This document shows positions 6,804 to 10,197 of a stretch of DNA of 10,197 nucleotides, piece by piece. Origin of the DNA: Promethearchaeati archaeon (GTDB lineage: Archaea; Asgardarchaeota; Heimdallarchaeia; JABLTI01); NCBI GenBank assembly GCA_013166835.1, contig JABLTI010000136.1, forward strand, positions 1 to 10,197, read 5' to 3'. The notes under the pieces were generated by a model that was not told where the DNA came from, did no database searches, and saw only the letters and a list, made by a program, of their open reading frames with translations. A program made the translations under genes and the position numbers. Each line of letters starts with the position of its first letter. The stretch's first letter is position 1.

Positions 6804-9626
6804 TCACTCCTGACGTGCTGGTCTATATCTGTGGAATTGATTCCACAGTTCAAGCAACCAACCAATAGAAATACTCACTAAACAAAAGAATAATATAAGC
6901 ACAATAAACCAAACAGGTAACCATGGAACAAATTTCTTGTATGATTGTGGAATGCTAAAAAAGTAATCATAGACCGTATATAGTAACGTCGATGAAGTAA
7001 TTATTGAAATGACTAATGGAACAATTAATGCTAGAAGTAATTCTATTGAAAAATTAAACAAAATTTGATACTTTCTAGCACCAACATTATATTCAGTTTC
7101 AACGATTCGCATTTTTTGCTTGTAAATATTTCTAGCAGTTAGAAAACCATAAAAGATAACTAAAATAAATGTAATAATAGTGACTACTATGAGAAAATCA
7201 AAAGCGAATTTGTTCATAGTTAAATTCAGGGCAGATAATTCATCCTCGAAAGTTGTAACATGAATATCATAAGGTAAATTTTTAATCTCATTGGCAATTA
7301 AAGTGTTGTTAGCTGTAGAAGTGGTCCTTACTAATATGTAAGTATCATTTGAAACACTTGTAGAATAACCAAATTTATACCTTAATTGTGAAAAAGTCAG
7401 ATTACTCATTACAAGATTATATCGATCTTCAACTACTCTTTCAAGGAAGTTAGTTGATTTATAAGGTAAAAGTGGAAAACAATCAAACTTATTGATAAAA
7501 GTCATATCGTAAGAATCCTCATTAGAGGAAGTGATTTCAGAGCTTGTATAGAGTGCTTTTTTATCATAATTTTTTCTCTGGGCATATTTCGAACTCATCA
7601 TATAGGTCATGTTTGTTTCAAGCTTTGCAATATCTGCCAAAGTATATTTGCATGAATCAGGAAAATTAGCTGAAATAATATCGATAAAGTCTGTAACATT
7701 GTAAATATTTAATATGTCTACATAAAATGCTTTTTCAGAACTTGTTGCTTTTGCAATTCCTAATCTAATTGTGACAACTTCAACTTTGGTAAGTAAATCA
7801 ACATTAGTAATTGTAGATATATTTTCCATTAACATAGCATTATTATCAGCCCATGTCTGAATAATAACATCAGAAAAACCGACTTTGAGATTAGCTTCCA
7901 TTTCCAGATGATCATTTGACGATTTCGTCATTACTAAACCGGGAGAAACACAAAGACTGATAAGAAGCATTGCGAAAATGGCCCTTTTATAATCGTTGCT
8001 ATAAATGGATAATTGTTTTAAAGCTAATGTAAAGTAGCTTTTCCTTCGTTGCCAAATCTTTTTCCCAACATAGCGACATAAAAATACAAGCAATCGTGAT
8101 AAGATCAGGAAAAGTGATGTTATTGTTAACAGAATTCCAATGATCATTAGAACCAGAGAGATATTAAGTAATACTATGAATGTTGAGATAGCATAGTAAC
8201 TACTAGAAATATACAGCCAGCTTGGAAGACCAACGACAATGGTAATAACTCCGGAGATAAGGAATAAGGATTCCACAGAGGTAAATAATCTTCGAATGAA
8301 TTTCTTACGTTTAGATTTAAATATTTCAGAAGTGAGTTGTACTGTTCTTTTCGCAAAGACTGTCTCAGTAACAAAACCTCCTATAAGTAAAAGTAAAAAC
8401 AAAGCGAGAAGAATAAGAGAGACAGTTGGTTCTAGGAAAGCAGTGAAGTATAAGTTAATAGGAGTAACATCGAGACTGAACGAAGAAATTGCAAAGCCAA
8501 TAAGTATGCCTAGTGGAACACCAGCGAAGAATCCAATCGAAGCAGTAATGAGATTTTCAGTAAATAAGATTTTCCGTAGGGTAGCAAACTCTAAACCATA
8601 TGTTTTGAACAGCTTAAATTGAGCAGTCTTCTCAAAATTTCCGGTGTTAAATAATTCAATAATCAATAAACCAAATAAGAGAAAAATTGGTACCCCAAGA
8701 ACAAAAATAGTGAGTGTTTGGGAAAGCCAATTTAATTCAAAGCCAAAGATAAAGGATTCCAAATCAGAACATAAGTGAGAAATTTCATTATCGAAATATT
8801 CAAAATCTGAATATGCTTGAATGACATTTAATTCATTTGCAGTTGTTAAAAGATTATGTGAATCTTTAACATCAAATTGATAATTAAAGTCCATCTTGAA
8901 TGTTAAGCTGCCAGTTTGATTATAAGGATAATTTGCTACTATATCAACAAAAAGCTGGGGATTAGTGAAAAATAAATCCATTTTAAAATGATCGAATTCT
9001 TCGCCACTTACTCGAACAAATTCAAAGATATCATTTGAATAGCCATTTTGATAGAGAGTATGAGACACGCTATCAATTATACCAACAATTGTAAAATTGT
9101 GAGTATAGGATGTTCCATCCATTGTGACTTGTAAACCAAGTTGATCACCTACCTGGTAGTTTGGAGTTAACAAATCACTTGGATAGTAAATGAGCTCAGA
9201 CTCTGTGTATGGTAATCTCCCCTCAACAAATCTAGTAGTAAGAATATCAAATGCTTCCTGCTGTAAAGTTAATAAGCTTGCATCATAAATTTGAGTTAGA
9301 TTATAATTTATAGACTCCATTTTATATTGCATTGATGCAGTATAATTATCAAACATACCAGCAGCTAAGTCATCCAATGTTGCGTGGAGTTCATCAACAG
9401 CTAAAGCAAGATACGTATCAGTATCGTTTTTTAAACTTAAATATCCAGTGGAGATACTAACACGACTATCATCATACCAGTCATAATCTGTATAATAATT
9501 CTCAAATGATTTGTACCGATAATTAAACCAAGTTAATAAAAAAGTGGTCAATAATAAGAATAGAAAAAAACTAACGAGAACTGATATTAGCAATCTTTTC
9601 TTACTTGTTTTGAGAAAGACCCCCAT
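6804..9626 (-). CDS. FtsX/MacB-family (type VII) ABC transporter permease with duplicated architecture, 940 aa
   Basis: Two units of TM, large extracellular domain and 3 TM, with FtsX-like cytoplasmic motifs (EKTAQFKLFKTYG...ILFTENLI; QKMRIVETEYNVGARKYQILFNFSIE). MacB periplasmic-core-like motifs (VEGRLP, FTIVGII). Directly upstream of the cognate ATPase. Confidence 0.9.
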   Translation of the reverse strand: MGVFLKTSKKRLLISVLVSFFLFLLLTTFLLTWFNYRYKSFENYYTDYDWYDDSRVSISTGYLSLKNDTDTYLALAVDELHATLDDLAAGMFDNYTASMQYKMESINYNLTQIYDASLLTLQQEAFDILTTRFVEGRLPYTESELIYYPSDLLTPNYQVGDQLGLQVTMDGTSYTHNFTIVGIIDSVSHTLYQNGYSNDIFEFVRVSGEEFDHFKMDLFFTNPQLFVDIVANYPYNQTGSLTFKMDFNYQFDVKDSHNLLTTANELNVIQAYSDFEYFDNEISHLCSDLESFIFGFELNWLSQTLTIFVLGVPIFLLFGLLIIELFNTGNFEKTAQFKLFKTYGLEFATLRKILFTENLITASIGFFAGVPLGILIGFAISSFSLDVTPINLYFTAFLEPTVSLILLALFLLLLIGGFVTETVFAKRTVQLTSEIFKSKRKKFIRRLFTSVESLFLISGVITIVVGLPSWLYISSSYYAISTFIVLLNISLVLMIIGILLTITSLFLILSRLLVFLCRYVGKKIWQRRKSYFTLALKQLSIYSNDYKRAIFAMLLISLCVSPGLVMTKSSNDHLEMEANLKVGFSDVIIQTWADNNAMLMENISTITNVDLLTKVEVVTIRLGIAKATSSEKAFYVDILNIYNVTDFIDIISANFPDSCKYTLADIAKLETNMTYMMSSKYAQRKNYDKKALYTSSEITSSNEDSYDMTFINKFDCFPLLPYKSTNFLERVVEDRYNLVMSNLTFSQLRYKFGYSTSVSNDTYILVRTTSTANNTLIANEIKNLPYDIHVTTFEDELSALNLTMNKFAFDFLIVVTIITFILVIFYGFLTARNIYKQKMRIVETEYNVGARKYQILFNFSIELLLALIVPLVISIITSSTLLYTVYDYFFSIPQSYKKFVPWLPVWFIVLILFFCLVSISIGWLLELWNQFHRYRPARQE

Positions 9627-9771
9627 TAATGATTTATATTTCTTATTTTTTTTTTTCCAACCACTATTTCACAATCCTTGTAAAATAAAGATGTATAAAT
9701 ATTTAATTATATCCTTTTTTTAGAAAATAGATAATAATAAAACATTTAAAATCAAACTAAGTAAAAGAAAT

Positions 9772-9796
9772 AACACTGATGAAATTCATCAGTGTT
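9772..9796. terminator. Perfect 25-bp palindrome downstream of the caspase-like gene; hairpin terminator or protein-binding site
   Basis: AACACTGATGAA-A-TTCATCAGTGTT, about 23 nt after the TAA at 9820. Followed on the minus strand by ATTTCTTTTACTT. Confidence 0.5.
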
Positions 9797-9819
9797 TTGT
9801 CATAACTATATCTTTAGGT

Positions 9820-10197
9820 TTATAGATAAAAGGATAAAGAACCATCACCATCATGTTCTTGAGGTTCGTCTTCATCAGCAAGACCAGGAAAAACTCTAAG
9901 ATACTCGTCATATCCATCAATAAAGATAGTTTCCATTGATACAGTATCAAGTCCACCGTGCTGATTTATCCAAGAATATTCTAAGAAGAAATAAGTCCAA
10001 CGTCCATTACTCTTGAGATCATAATCATACCCAAATCCATCTGCAGTACAAGTTGTTGCAACATATATATAGTCTTCATTTGGCATATCATCTAGTGAAT
10101 CAATAATTCCACCTGAGTTACATGAATCAAAAAAGAAGAATAGATCTACACCAGTTTCAAACTCTTCGAAATCATCCTCAATTTCAGTTTCCTTATA
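9820..10197 (-). CDS. Caspase-fold (clan CD, C14/C13-like) cysteine peptidase, C-terminal part (start outside the window)
   Basis: The frame stays open to the window end: YKETEIEDDFEEFETGVDLFFFFDSCNSGGIIDSLDDMPNEDYIYVATTCTADGFGYDY...NGRWTYFFLEY. It carries the hhhhDxCxSG catalytic-Cys motif (10108-10128) and the downstream NGxxTxxh motif. The 88-aa ORF in the track is an internal piece of this gene. Confidence 0.88.
   Translation of the reverse strand, partial: YKETEIEDDFEEFETGVDLFFFFDSCNSGGIIDSLDDMPNEDYIYVATTCTADGFGYDYDLKSNGRWTYFFLEYSWINQHGGLDTVSMETIFIDGYDEYLRVFPGLADEDEPQEHDGDGSLSFYL

Noticed and set aside
1093-8622. Short ORFs 1093-1296, 2052-2279, 2462-2659, 4577-4759, 4939-5139, 5653-5850, 8174-8374 and 8239-8622
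   Set aside because: All are antisense or alternate-frame shadows of well-supported longer genes.

Overview
AT-rich, probably archaeal DNA. An Asgard/Heimdallarchaeia-like origin is inferred from GGAGTGA-type ribosome-binding sites, oligo-T terminators, an archaeal-type tRNA-Leu remnant and the gene families present. Minus-strand genes: a caspase-fold protease (C-terminal part only), a 940-aa FtsX/MacB-type permease translationally coupled to a double-NBD LolD/MacB-type ATPase with an AbrB-like linker, a Tyr-rich membrane-anchored protein, and the N-terminal part of a second probable permease missed by the ORF track (813 to <1). Two plus-strand, C-terminally anchored beta-propeller surface proteins (SBBP-repeat and LVIVD-repeat) sit between them. 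The most unusual signal is that this 3.2-kb plus-strand block is bracketed by two degenerate direct repeats (1836-1880 and 5075-5118/5139). Each reads on the minus strand as the 3' part of a tRNA-Leu (T-arm, acceptor strand, ACCA, T-rich trailer), which suggests an att-like cassette or a tRNA-derived repeat family. No integrase is present in the window. A decayed metallophosphoesterase gene fragment abuts the left repeat.
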